Part shown: positions 25,681 through 37,046 of the stretch, one piece after another | Layout: the number at the start of each line of letters is the position of its first letter | Position numbering within the stretch: position 1 is the first letter of the stretch | From: Lama glama | Taxonomy: Eukaryota | Direction: 5' to 3' | NCBI GenBank assembly: GCA_028534125.1 | Contig: CM052816.1 | Location: forward strand, 52,392,001-52,456,000 | DNA: 64,000 nt | Made by a program: the position numbers and the translations under genes | The notes under the pieces: generated by a model | Told to the model about the DNA's origin: nothing | Seen by the model: the letters and a program-made list of their open reading frames with translations, nothing else | Databases searched by the model: none

Positions 25681-28189
25681 AAGGGGTGGTTAAATAGATT
25701 TTTAATTTTTAATCATTTCTTAAATTGTGTATATATATATATATATAAATTTCGTGCATTTTTCTGTGTATTTGTCATGTTGCATATTTTTTAAACAGTT
25801 AAAAGGTAGTAAATAAACCCTTACTTTGATCTGAATGGAAACCAAATTTTAAAAATGAAATTTTGGCTCATGGAATATATTTAAAGGGAAACAAAGTGCT
25901 TATTCTTACTAAAATATTACTATTACCAAGAATTTTTTTTCCGTGTGAAACTGCTATGGCTTGATGGGGAAAAGTTTATAGGGATCCAAGTACTTTGAAA
26001 TAAAAAATCTAATACATTACTATGAAGAATTTACTAGGAAAAATTTGACAAGTGTGTATGGATTTTTCCTTCTTCCTAAGAGGATTATCCAAAAAATATA
26101 CATTAAAAGTTACTCTTGCTATTGGACAAAGTATACTGATGATAGGACTGGACATCCACAAGTTTCAAAAACACTGTTTGATTTTTATTGGTCTTTGACC
26201 CTTAGGTATGAGAAAATACAGGGTTAAAGAACTCTGGACTAGGTCAATACTGATTCTTGTTCCAGATTTTCACTGATTTCACACCTTGGCTTTTCATTGT
26301 CAACAAGTGATGGCCTAAAGATCCTTCCACATATAAAATGCCATGATACTTCTCCAATAAATTTTACATTAATTGAAGGAACGTAATAGATTTTTATCCA
26401 CTGAAACCCACATGAAAAACCTTTAAAAATGTCTTGTTTTCAGAAATTTTCATTTACATGCTTAGGAATTGTATGTGTGTGTGTATATATATCCTTATGG
26501 TAGAAGAACAATTTTATCACACATATAAAATGGTAAAGTCAATACCAAAACCAGACAGTCTGATATAGCAGAGATTTCTTGCTGTACTTGATGCTTAATT
26601 AAAAAGCTGTAATTTATTTTAGCAATAATTTTTTTTCCTGGTAACATGCACCACATATACGGTAAAGTATAGAATGAACTGCACAATGTTTTGTTAACCA
26701 GTAGCATAGATGGTAGTTTCCATTAGAGGGAAAGGCAAATGGAAAAATATGATTCTTTTAGTACCCCCAGTACTGTTTAATTGGAAGTCTTTTTCCTTTA
26801 CTAAGGACTGTAATAGGAAAATTTTGTCTCTTAGATTATTTATAAAATGATACATATTCCAGACACGAAAAAGAAATGTTTATGGTGTAGGGAGCAATAC
26901 TTCAAATTGTATGTTCCGTACTTGCAGCATAGTAAAATTTCTTATGCTCTGTGTTTCATTCATAACAGAACCTGTGGTGGAGATTGTGATCAACTTTGTT
27001 GGGTTTTTTAATTCACCTTTATTTTATCCTGAACTCACACATGAGATTTTTGGATCAGAGACAGATTATTATTACTTACATAATAGTAATTGTGCTAGTT
27101 AGTTCCCTTTGCTCCAGTTCTTATCCCAGGAGAGGTATGATGAGAACCAGATGTCACCCTACATGCAATGGAGCCTGTAACATAAGGGAGGAACGCTGAG
27201 AAAAGGAATCTAGGCATTTACGTAGAAAAGAAAGGCAGTTGTCCTTCTCCCCCTTCAAAAGGAGGGAGAAAAAAAAAACCCTCTGCTCCCTGAAGACAAA
27301 AAGGATCTGGGATTCTCACTCTAACCCTTTTATAATGTAAATAAATCTCTCAGGGGTTAGATAAGTCCAGTTCTGCAGCTTTACAACCTAGAGATACCTT
27401 GATATCCCAGGCCTTACCCCAATTTAAAATGTAAACACCCATCTCTAAATTTAGGTAACTCTTTTGAGTTCCTATTATCTATATAGTTGTAAAACATCTT
27501 TCAGAGCTTACTTTTTGTCCAGTATCTCAAGTTTTCATAAAATTTGCTTAGAAAGCCCTAACTCTGGGGGAACACAAAAATATTTTCTCTCCACTTCATA
27601 GTGTTCCAGGATTTATTCTTCCTCTGCCTGGACAACATGGTTACCGAGCCCTCATTTCCCAGTTGCTTTCAGATAGATGTGGCCTTGTGACTGAGTTCTC
27701 ATCAATGGAAATTTCACATTTGGGTATGGTGCTACATACAGTTGAAGGTTCAAACTGTGACTACCTCGAGTTTGTGTTGTGTGCAACAGATGTTAAATAT
27801 CGTGGTGCTTCTCTCAAAAATTTGAAAATCCTGCAGTTCTCTTGTGAGTTGGTTGTGGTACCAATGGAGCTTCAGTGCACAGATTAGAAACTGGAGAGTT
27901 AGCCCCTTAACATTTGGCAGATAAATGACACTGACAGAATTCGTTCAGGTAATGCATATGAACAAGGGAAATGCAAGAAGTGATTCTTCGGTTCTGTGAT
28001 AATGTAGTTTCTCATTTCATTCATTTAGCACTTCCTATGTGAAATCCGTATTTGGAAATGGAATAAGACAAAGTCTGAGGCTAAAAGGATCACTCATTTT
28101 CTTGAATGTGAAGAAATGAAGATTAGGTGTTTAAACAAATGGGTTCTCCCAACAAATAGTGACAAATTCAGTTTTCCTCTGAGGGTATA

Positions 28190-29655
28190 TTGACTTCACT
28201 TCCATTCCCAAAGGGTATTTTCACTGGGTAAATAATCCTGGGTTGATATTTCTTTCAGTTCTTGAAAAACATTTGTTTCTTCCTAGCTGCCGAGGTTTCT
28301 AATGAGAAAGTTGCTGTCATTTGGATCAATGTTCCCCTACATCGAATGAGTCTTTTTTCTGTAAATGATTTTTACTTTGTCTTTAGTTTTCAGAAATTTG
28401 ACTGAGTGCCTTGAACTTCTTTGAGTTTATACTATTTGGAGTTCGCTCAGTTTCTTAAATCTATAGGTTTATGCCTTTCACTAAATTTGGAGAATTTTCA
28501 GCCATTTTTTCGTTGAATACTTTTCCAGCCCACATTCTGCCTTTTTTTGGTGTTGGGGGAGTCTGGTGTCACCAATGTTATATTTTTTCCATTCCGAGGT
28601 TCTTGGTATCATTTTTTCCAGCCTATTTTATCTGGAATCTTTCCTCTGATACCAATATTCTACTACTGAGTGCTTTCAGTGAGTTTATTTTACTTAATAT
28701 GTTTTTCATCTCTACAATTTCCATTTGTCTCTTCTTTATATTTTGTATCTTTGCTGAGACTTTCTGTTATTTTCATTTTTTCGAGTGTTTGTAATTGTTC
28801 AATGAAACTTTTTTTTAATGACTTCTTTAAAATTCTTTTCAGATAATTCCAACATCTGTGTCATCCCCCTGTTGGCATTTGTTAATTGTCTATCCTCATT
28901 CAAATTGAGATTTTTCTATTTCTTGGTATGATGAGTGATTTTTCTGTGTATTTTGGACATTTGGGGCATTGTGTGTTGAGACCCTGGATCTTGTTTTAAA
29001 TCTTCTGTTTTAGCAGGCTTCTTCTTATGCTCTGCCAGCAGCGTAATGGTGTAGATATCTAGGCTCCCCATGTGGCCTCCACTGACAGTTTACTCTGCTG
29101 GGAGAAGGGGATCAGGGAGGAGCACCTTGTTACCATCAGGTGGAAGTAGAACTTCAGGGTCCCTCCTCTGCCACCTCTGTGCCAACCCAGAAGAAAGAAA
29201 GAGTGCCTCATTACTGCCAGACAAGGGTAAAAGTCTAGAGTCTTTGCTCAGTATTTGCTGATGGGGGTGAGGGTGAAGGCATGGCATCTTTTTTTACAGT
29301 TTGGCCAGAGTAGGGCAGTTTTTGACAAAGGGTTTCATTTTGCCAGCCTGCTTCCTCATCCCTTGGCAAGAGAAAGCAGGCTTGGGGGTGCAGAGTGCAC
29401 TTTTTGTCTAAATGCATTGGCATTTCTGGGTTATTGGCTCCTTAGTTCAGCATACATAAAGGACAAAAAGAAAACCCAGGGAACTCAACACTATGCTGTT
29501 TCTTAAGTCTCAGGGTCCCTGGCCAGTACACCTCCTTCTGTCCACCTTTCAGTCTTCTTACGTTTAATTTATACATAATGCCCAGGAATTTTAGCTTACT
29601 TAATAGGAGGAATAGGGAGAAATACCTCCGCTCCACTTTTCTGGAACCAAAAGTT
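28190..29655 (-). mobile_element. Old L1 ORF1 and 5' region, antisense
   Basis: T-rich tract with aaatttggagaattttcagccatt and ctttaaaattcttttcagataattccaacatctg, typical of antisense L1M ORF1. Confidence 0.7.
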
Positions 29656-30353
29656 CAACTCTCTTAACAGAAAATAATTGCTTTTCCCCTGGGTTCTGCC
29701 TCTACTTGGAGTAATGAGAGGAATTTTTTCAGCACAGAACTAAAATCTAGATACACATCTGTTCTAAACAAGCCAAGATGTCCTTGCCCAAGGGCCTCTA
29801 CTGCCTCGTATGCCCACCATTTACTAGTTGAAGAGCAAGGGAGAACTATTAGTGACAGTAGATCCAGAGCATAGGGAGATTTATAAGAGAAAAATTGTTT
29901 AGAACATAGTTTATCAGCATTTTTTAAACTCCACTACTGCCCACACTTCAGTGGATAATAAATAGGAAAAAGAATATGCATTTGGAAAAATGAGCTTTAA
30001 AAGTTCACAATTAAAGTGTACATACTATTTTCCCCAGAGCTTTCCCCCCAAGGGTTTGTTCTGTTTTTTTATTTAGATCTTTATCTAGAGAATTTAGTAA
30101 ATTGTCACTTTTGTTTAAATTGAAATAGAACCTCAATCTAATAACTACAAAAACAAATCATAAAGATGACATATGTGACCAAAAGTTGACAGTAATGGTC
30201 ATTAAAGACCAAACTTACGTAACTACTCAGGTAAGGAATAAAGTTAAGTGTTAATCTTCTTACTCTATAGCTCGTTCTTGGTTGAACCAAAAACAGGTCT
30301 AACCTAGGTTTGATGATTGATTATGCCTGGAGCTGGATGTACTATAGTTTTGT

Positions 30354-30371
30354 TTTATTTTATTTTTTATT
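30354..30371 (-). terminator. Candidate SPZ1 polyadenylation signals (three clustered AATAAA)
   Basis: TTTATT on + at 30354-30359, 30359-30364 and 30366-30371, about 40-55 nt past the stop codon. Confidence 0.5.
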
Positions 30372-30408
30372 TTTGAAGAATTGCCTTTTCTTCTACTTTT
30401 GGTATTTT

Positions 30409-31533
30409 CTAACTTAGGCTGTTGGCTGGCCTCTTTTTTCCTATAAGAGCTCTTCTTGCAACATGAATATTGAACTGGTTATTACGAGCTTTCTTTTTAT
30501 GACAAGCATCCAGGCTTCTATAGAATTGACCTCCTTCTTGATATGTACCTTCCATTTCTTGCATGTTTTGCTGTTGTATTCTGACCTTCTCTGCCTCTGA
30601 TAACTTCTGTTCTTTTTTTTTCGGCTTGTGGTTTGTCTGGATTGGCTTCTCCTGTAGAGGTCTCTCTTTCTGATTATGGAGTTCCTTGAGAAGCTCTACT
30701 CTCTGCTCCAAGATTTGGCATTCATTCTCCAGCAAAGCTGCAATCAACTGCATTGAATATGTGTCTTGTTTCAGTTCCCTCACTTGTTCTTCCAGCTCAT
30801 GCTTAGCTGACATCTCGTTATTTTGTTGAGTTTGGGAATGGGCTCCATTATGTTCACGAGTTTTCATGTCTTTCTGAGACTTCTGATAGGATTTTATTAG
30901 TTCATTAAGCTCAGTCTGTTGCACACTCCAGTGTTCTGCTTCCTGTAGTAACTGCTCCATGTTGTTCCTCAGTGTGGTATTTTCTTCTTGAACGTGAGGG
31001 AATCCATTATTTGCTTTTTCCTTACTTAGCTGAGTTTCATGAAGGGCTGTTTTTACTTCTGAACAATTTACCAAATCCCTTGCAAAACCTTGTATTGTGT
31101 CGTTGGAGTTCTGGTTTTCCAACATCATCTCCTGTTTCTTTGTATTCTGTTCTTTTTCTAGGTCCAAACTACCAACCAGTTTTTTCAAGAGTACTTCATT
31201 CATTTTATCAAGTCCTCTGATTTTTTCTTTAAGTTCTGACACATCCTCAGAGATGTTGTTTTCCTCAAAAGATTCTTTTGTTTCTGTGGTCTTCTCTTCA
31301 TAACTTGTCATATTTTTAACAATATCTTTAAGTTCTTTTAAGAGATTTTCAAACTTCTTTGCAATCCGTTGTTCAGTTGCTTCATGGTCACTAGTTTTTA
31401 GGGAAGGAGGAGAATCACAGGAGGCAGGGGGAAGGGATCCAGTTTTAAATAAGGCAATGATAATCCTAGGGTCCAAAGACTCTTCATTGACATCAGGAGG
31501 CTTAAGCGTTTTGGAGGGGGTGGGCCCTTCCAT
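30409..31533 (-). CDS. SPZ1: Spermatogenic leucine zipper protein 1, single-exon CDS, 374 aa
   Basis: Longest ORF in the window. It matches recalled human SPZ1 motifs throughout: LDPRIxIALF, FxNLLKExKDI, IRGLDK, RNNMEQLLQEAEHWS, LIKSYQKSQKD, SAKHELEEQV, AALLENECQIL, LQEKPIQ, QFNIHVAR. It contains a heptad zipper. SERINC5, a known neighbour, is also in the window. Confidence 0.96.
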   Translation of the reverse strand: MEGPTPSKTLKPPDVNEESLDPRIIIALFKTGSLPPASCDSPPSLKTSDHEATEQRIAKKFENLLKELKDIVKNMTSYEEKTTETKESFEENNISEDVSELKEKIRGLDKMNEVLLKKLVGSLDLEKEQNTKKQEMMLENQNSNDTIQGFARDLVNCSEVKTALHETQLSKEKANNGFPHVQEENTTLRNNMEQLLQEAEHWSVQQTELNELIKSYQKSQKDMKTREHNGAHSQTQQNNEMSAKHELEEQVRELKQDTYSMQLIAALLENECQILEQRVELLKELHNQKERPLQEKPIQTNHKPKKKEQKLSEAEKVRIQQQNMQEMEGTYQEGGQFYRSLDACHKKKARNNQFNIHVARRALIGKKRPANSLS

Positions 31534-33649
31534 CTCAGCTGGCTTGGTAGGACTGGTGACCAGGGCACAAGCAAAGCAGAAACTTAGAGATTCCAGGAAG
31601 GGAAGGTAGTGGTCCTCTGTGCAAATGGGTAGAGAATGTGAAACTAAGCAGACATCAGAGACCAGAGTTAAGGTCTGAAACCAGGAAGATGATGTTTATG
31701 TGGAAGGTAACATCTCAGATAACCTAGGGGGAAGGAGGGTGGGAAAGGGGACCGGGAGCTAGGGCTCCATCTCTCCTCCTTCAGGCTTCTGATGTTTATT
31801 CCCTGACCCTGGCAACCAGGTCTTTATTCTGTCACTGCACCAGTGTGGCCTGACCCCAGATTCTTTTTCCATTGGGTCACAATAGATGCCTCTTAAACTC
31901 CCACCCAGGGACTCAAAATCAACCTAGAGCTACTTCTAATCTCTGCTCCAGAAAGATCTCTATGCCAATCCTTCCTTTCTTTACTTTTCTAGGTTTTTAT
32001 TCATCTCATTCAGTGACTTTCCTCTCATCCCCACCATACACAACCCATTCTCAGCTGTGGCGTATTTTCCTGCCCCGTAAGTGTGTGGCTGAGAGCAGTC
32101 CTTCCTTCTTTCATCGCACCTGGAGCCCTTGTTGCTGTCATTCTAGGAGAGAAGCTGTTTCAAAAGAAAGTTATCCTTACAAAATAGAACCCCAAGAGTG
32201 CTGGGATCTTTCTGTGCTTTTAGGAAAATAATGTCAGAAATCACTCCATTAAAAAATGTTCTACTGCGGTAAGGAGAGAATATCTGAGTAGTTTCTTAAC
32301 AATGTAATTACAGATTGAGACTTTTCTTGGCTTGGAATGCCGGCACCCTTAAGATAGGCTTAGTAAGCTTGCTCCTGAATCATTTACATCAGGGAATATA
32401 AAACTTTCATTACTTTTCCCAAGAACTTGTTCAAAATGGCATAATTTATCTAAAATATTTAAAACAGTTAAATCCTATAGTGGCTTACATAAAGGTAACT
32501 GAAGGCTATTAAACCTAGTGTACTCTTGTCTCTGTCCTTAGGAGTCAGGACCTTGAGAATATTACATTCAATGAAAGAAAACATGAGTGGGACTTTTTTT
32601 TTAAGTGAGGCTTTTTCTTGGCCTTCAAAATCTTGCTAGCAAGAACTTTACTGACCAGAAATATGCTTGCAGTCTTAAGGGAAAACTCATTATCTAGCAG
32701 GTTTGGGGTTTTTTTGGTTGTTGTTAGAGAAATTTATGGGTTCTTTTTCTTTCACGGCTCCCAACTCACTTGACTTTAGTTTCCCTGTTATGCTCATCTT
32801 CCAGCCAACTGGGCTCAGAGCCGTTGCCTCATGACCAGCCACAGATGCAGTAGTATTGGTCTCTTTTTTACTTGAAGAAGGAGCACTTTTCTAACCCACA
32901 CAATGATACTGCAGAGGCTAGAGTTGCCCTTATGCTTTAAATCGGTCTCATAAGGTCCAACTTTGGTTGGTATTTTCCCTTGGACTCAAGCTCTCATTTA
33001 AGATACTTTTATAATCTCCGGGACAAGAAGACATTTTTTCCCTCTGATTTGGTAATTAACTCCTAGCTTTAGTGTATTGTAATCAAAACATATAATATTT
33101 CTACTTTTGAAATTTTCTCTTTACCCTAATAGATTATCAATGTTCATGTATATTTTACGGATGCTTGAAAGAAACTGTAGTCTCTATTTTCTTCTTGTGG
33201 CTTGCAGCTTTTTTATGCTTTTGGACATAAACCTGATATTACCCTTGTCTTTGATTTTTCTAGAAACTGGTTTGAAGGTAGCTTGGTCAAGATACCAAGA
33301 GAATTCTCCTTTTATAAAAAGGGGACTTAAGTATTTCCTTCCTCCCTACAAATATAATGAATTTCAAATAACATTTCTGTTAATTTTACTGAAATTTGAG
33401 TTGCTGTAGATGCTGAAAGATATCCAGAGTGGTCTTTTTTTCTTTATTGACCCGCAATCCCAGTGGATTGCCTTACAATTGCTATCTACTAAGTTTCCTA
33501 TAGCGTAATGACTTTTCAAAAAAGAAACACAAAAAGAAGAGTAAAAAGCTATTAGAGAAAAAACTTGCATAGAATTATCTCTCTCCTTAAAACCAGTTTG
33601 CCTTAACAAAAACATAAACCATATCAAAACGTAGATGATGTCAACATGT

Positions 33650-33960
33650 CTTATTTCCAATGATGTTAACCTTGGTCACATCATTAAGTGATATCTGCCG
33701 AATTAATCTAATACAAAGTTATAATCTTTACCTTTGTAAGTAACAGATGTCCTGGGGAGGATGTTTGAGATTAGGAAGTTATCCTATTTCTCCTCAAACT
33801 TTTGCCTATACAATGTAATTTTAGTATACAGAGGTGAATCTTGCCTGCAACAATTTTTACAGTGGTGATCTAATGATGATTTTCTATTTCTTTTATTCCT
33901 TTTATATTTGTTGATTGGAATTATTTTGTAAAGAAAAGCTGTCTCTTTTCCTGTATGTAT
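33650..33960 (-). mobile_element. Old L1 3' UTR fragment
   Basis: gatgttaaccttggtcac...cttgcctgcaacaatt...ttggaatt...aaagctgtctc motifs. Confidence 0.55.
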
Positions 33961-34042
33961 TTAACCATTTTTTTCTTTTTAAACAATTTATTTTATTTGT
34001 CAATAATAAAAATAGCAACTGTTTTCTTTTCTTTTAAAAAAA

Positions 34043-34542
34043 NNNNNNNNNNNNNNNNNNNNNNNNNNNNNNNNNNNNNNNNNNNNNNNNNNNNNNNNNN
34101 NNNNNNNNNNNNNNNNNNNNNNNNNNNNNNNNNNNNNNNNNNNNNNNNNNNNNNNNNNNNNNNNNNNNNNNNNNNNNNNNNNNNNNNNNNNNNNNNNNNN
34201 NNNNNNNNNNNNNNNNNNNNNNNNNNNNNNNNNNNNNNNNNNNNNNNNNNNNNNNNNNNNNNNNNNNNNNNNNNNNNNNNNNNNNNNNNNNNNNNNNNNN
34301 NNNNNNNNNNNNNNNNNNNNNNNNNNNNNNNNNNNNNNNNNNNNNNNNNNNNNNNNNNNNNNNNNNNNNNNNNNNNNNNNNNNNNNNNNNNNNNNNNNNN
34401 NNNNNNNNNNNNNNNNNNNNNNNNNNNNNNNNNNNNNNNNNNNNNNNNNNNNNNNNNNNNNNNNNNNNNNNNNNNNNNNNNNNNNNNNNNNNNNNNNNNN
34501 NNNNNNNNNNNNNNNNNNNNNNNNNNNNNNNNNNNNNNNNNN
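34043..34542. other. Assembly gap, exactly 500 N
   Basis: Run of N. The round length suggests a fixed-size scaffolding placeholder. Confidence 0.99.
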
Positions 34543-34559
34543 CTCTACCTACAGAGTCT

Positions 34560-34800
34560 AGTCACGAAGAACACAATCAGCCTGGATTCAAATCCCAGCT
34601 CCACCACTTACAGCTGGAGACCTGGGCAAGGGTCTGAGTGACTTAAATGACAGTGCCTTGGTTTCCTCATCTGTAGAGCAGAGATAATGGCAGTACCTTT
34701 TGCTCAGGTGAGCACAGCAGTGATGAACTGAGATGATACAGGTAAAATGCTCAGAATAAAACCTGGCACAGGATATCAGTCAACAGATCTTAGCAACTGA
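34560..34800 (+). mobile_element. MIR SINE
   Basis: cctggattcaaatcccagctccaccactta...cctgggcaag...gtttcctcatctgta. Confidence 0.8.
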
Positions 34801-37046
34801 AACACTCATTATTATCACACAAATCACTTCTCCCATGAAGCCTTCTCTACCAATACCAGTCAACACCTTCTGTTTTTCTTTCTTTGTATTTTTAAACATA
34901 TCTTGTTTCTTAAATATTCTATGAACAATCAGAAATCATAGACACTGGCTGGAGTTGTTAGGGACTATTTCATGAGGCAGGTTACTTGGATGGTACTCAA
35001 ATGTTAAAATTATTATTATTACTAATAGTTACAAAAATTATTACTTTTCCTAAAAGTCATATCCTAAAATATGTCCTGCAATTCCCAAATTATCTTTACT
35101 CCAGTAATGTTTCTAATATATTCACCTCTGAAAGATACTATCTATTTGTAGTTTAGACTGTGTTTCTGGGATCCAAGGCTTAATTCTACGGAGACTGACA
35201 GCTTCTCAAGAGCACCACAGACACCTGGACACACTGGCAGTTCCTATCACAAGGACACACTGGGTCCTTATGCCAATGCCTCCTGAATTTAAAAAGAGAA
35301 CATAAAGTTGCCTGAAAAGCTAAGATAGTAAATGGGAGATTAAGCAGACCTTCAGAATAAGAGTTAAAAATCTACCCTTTCAGTATCTCTCCTCTCAAAC
35401 TTCTTGTGACAAACATACAAGACTGTACATCCCAAGACTGTATGGCACTTGTATGTCACAAACACTCGAGATTAAACCACTGCAAGAGGAAGAGAATGGG
35501 TGGGAAATGCCACAGAGAGGGACTAGAGCCTGGTGCAGATGAATGAGGCAGTCTCCGCTCTTGCTCTCCCTGACTCTATTTCCACAGCACTTCATGTGTC
35601 CTCTCACGTGGCACTGAATTTCCACCTGGTTTTATGCCTTGGAAGATTTTACAACTGACTCCTGAGGTTATAAGCTCCTTTTCTCACAAGTTTGAAAGCC
35701 CCAAAGTTCCCACTGCAGGGCCTTACTGAGCAGAGACCCACTATTTTAAGCAATCAGAGGAGAATCTAATTTTCACAAGTTTTGACAGTAGTTCCAGCAC
35801 ATTCCAGACGATGCAACCGCAGTTATAAAAGCATTATCCAGCAGAAAGCGTCGAAGGACCTACTTTAACTAATGGATAAGAATATAACAAATGCTTCTAA
35901 GAAAAGGGTTGTTCTGAAGCCCTTGAATGTAATTAAAATTATCTGCAGTTTTGGCATAAGGTTGGGGAGAATAAACGTTTCCTCGGGAGCTGCTCCCTGT
36001 GATGCCACCTCCATGGTTCCAGACGGGCACTGGCCCAGCCTCTCCCGTCCTCACTCTGCTGGACCCCGGGAAGATTCAGCGCCGAGCAGTAGGTCTGCAG
36101 GGTAAGTGGGGCTTGGCTGGTGAGCCTTTCTTCTCCCCCGCTCCCTCCAAGCAGGCGCGGCCCCCAGAGAACACGCCTGCAGCTCTTCCCTGTAAACTGC
36201 GCCCCCTCAGAGGCAGCTGTCCCCTGGCCCAGGTGGGCTCCCAAGATGGGTTAAGTTTGACTCATGTTGGGGCTCACCAGCAGGAAGCCCACCTCCTTAC
36301 AGGTATGAGTCACACCGTCTTACATGAGCTTTATGGGGGACATCTGGCATCTACCAGCTGACACTGGAGTCTTTTCTGCCCTTTTGTTCAGAACCTGGGA
36401 GGGGAAGGATGGTGTTATGTATTTGGCTCCCTTAGAACCCCCAACACATCCTCCCGTAATCAGGCCTACTGTGGGGAAATTCCAGAAAAAGGTCCCATAT
36501 GTGTCTCTTAGCATCACATATACCTGGCCTACCTTTGCCCCAGAAATGGATGGAAATCCACCCCCATCCCTGGGGACACCCAGCCTACAAGTGACGTGTC
36601 CTGAAAAGTACAAGTCGCCCTAGAGCCCACTCCTCGTTATCTGTGGGACTATCCAGGCTTTACCACAATTCCCATACAGGCCACGTTAAGTACGTGACAG
36701 CTACTGCTTGAGATACTGGCAGCCATCCTTAGGACAAGGGAAAAGTACCGAAGTCTGTAAGAAAGGACCACACATCTCATCAGGAACAGCTGTCAACAAG
36801 GCTAAGCCAACACGCACAATCCTCTCCACCAAAAGCATCAGACGGCATCAGTCCTACTATCAAAGACCGAGATGGCGAGGGCTTGCCCGCTTGGCAGGGA
36901 AGCACTGGAGGCTTCAGGAAGGTGCGGGAGAGCAGCTACAACCCCAAACCACACTGGGGTGGGCAGGCCCCACCCTCTAAACTGAGTGTTTCCCACGCAC
37001 CCTCCTCAGCTGTCAGAAATGGGGAGAGCTGAGGCGGCTGACTCAC

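Noticed and set aside
26911..27102. Peptide FYPELTHEIFGSE, reminiscent of HAT1 FFPEYTHQLFGDDE
   Set aside because: The similarity is limited to about 11 residues and does not extend on either side, so it is probably chance. A tBLASTn with HAT1 would settle it.
30613..30621. A9 run inside the SPZ1 CDS as a possible frameshift
   Set aside because: The downstream translation still matches the SPZ1 C-terminus, so the frame is intact.
30972..31303. Plus-strand ORFs overlapping SPZ1
   Set aside because: Short antisense shadows of the real CDS with no recognisable features.
31807..31817. RFX-like half site (GGCAAC) upstream of SPZ1
   Set aside because: Only a half site, too short to support a call.
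33955..34641. 228-aa ORF
   Set aside because: Artefact of translating through the N gap.
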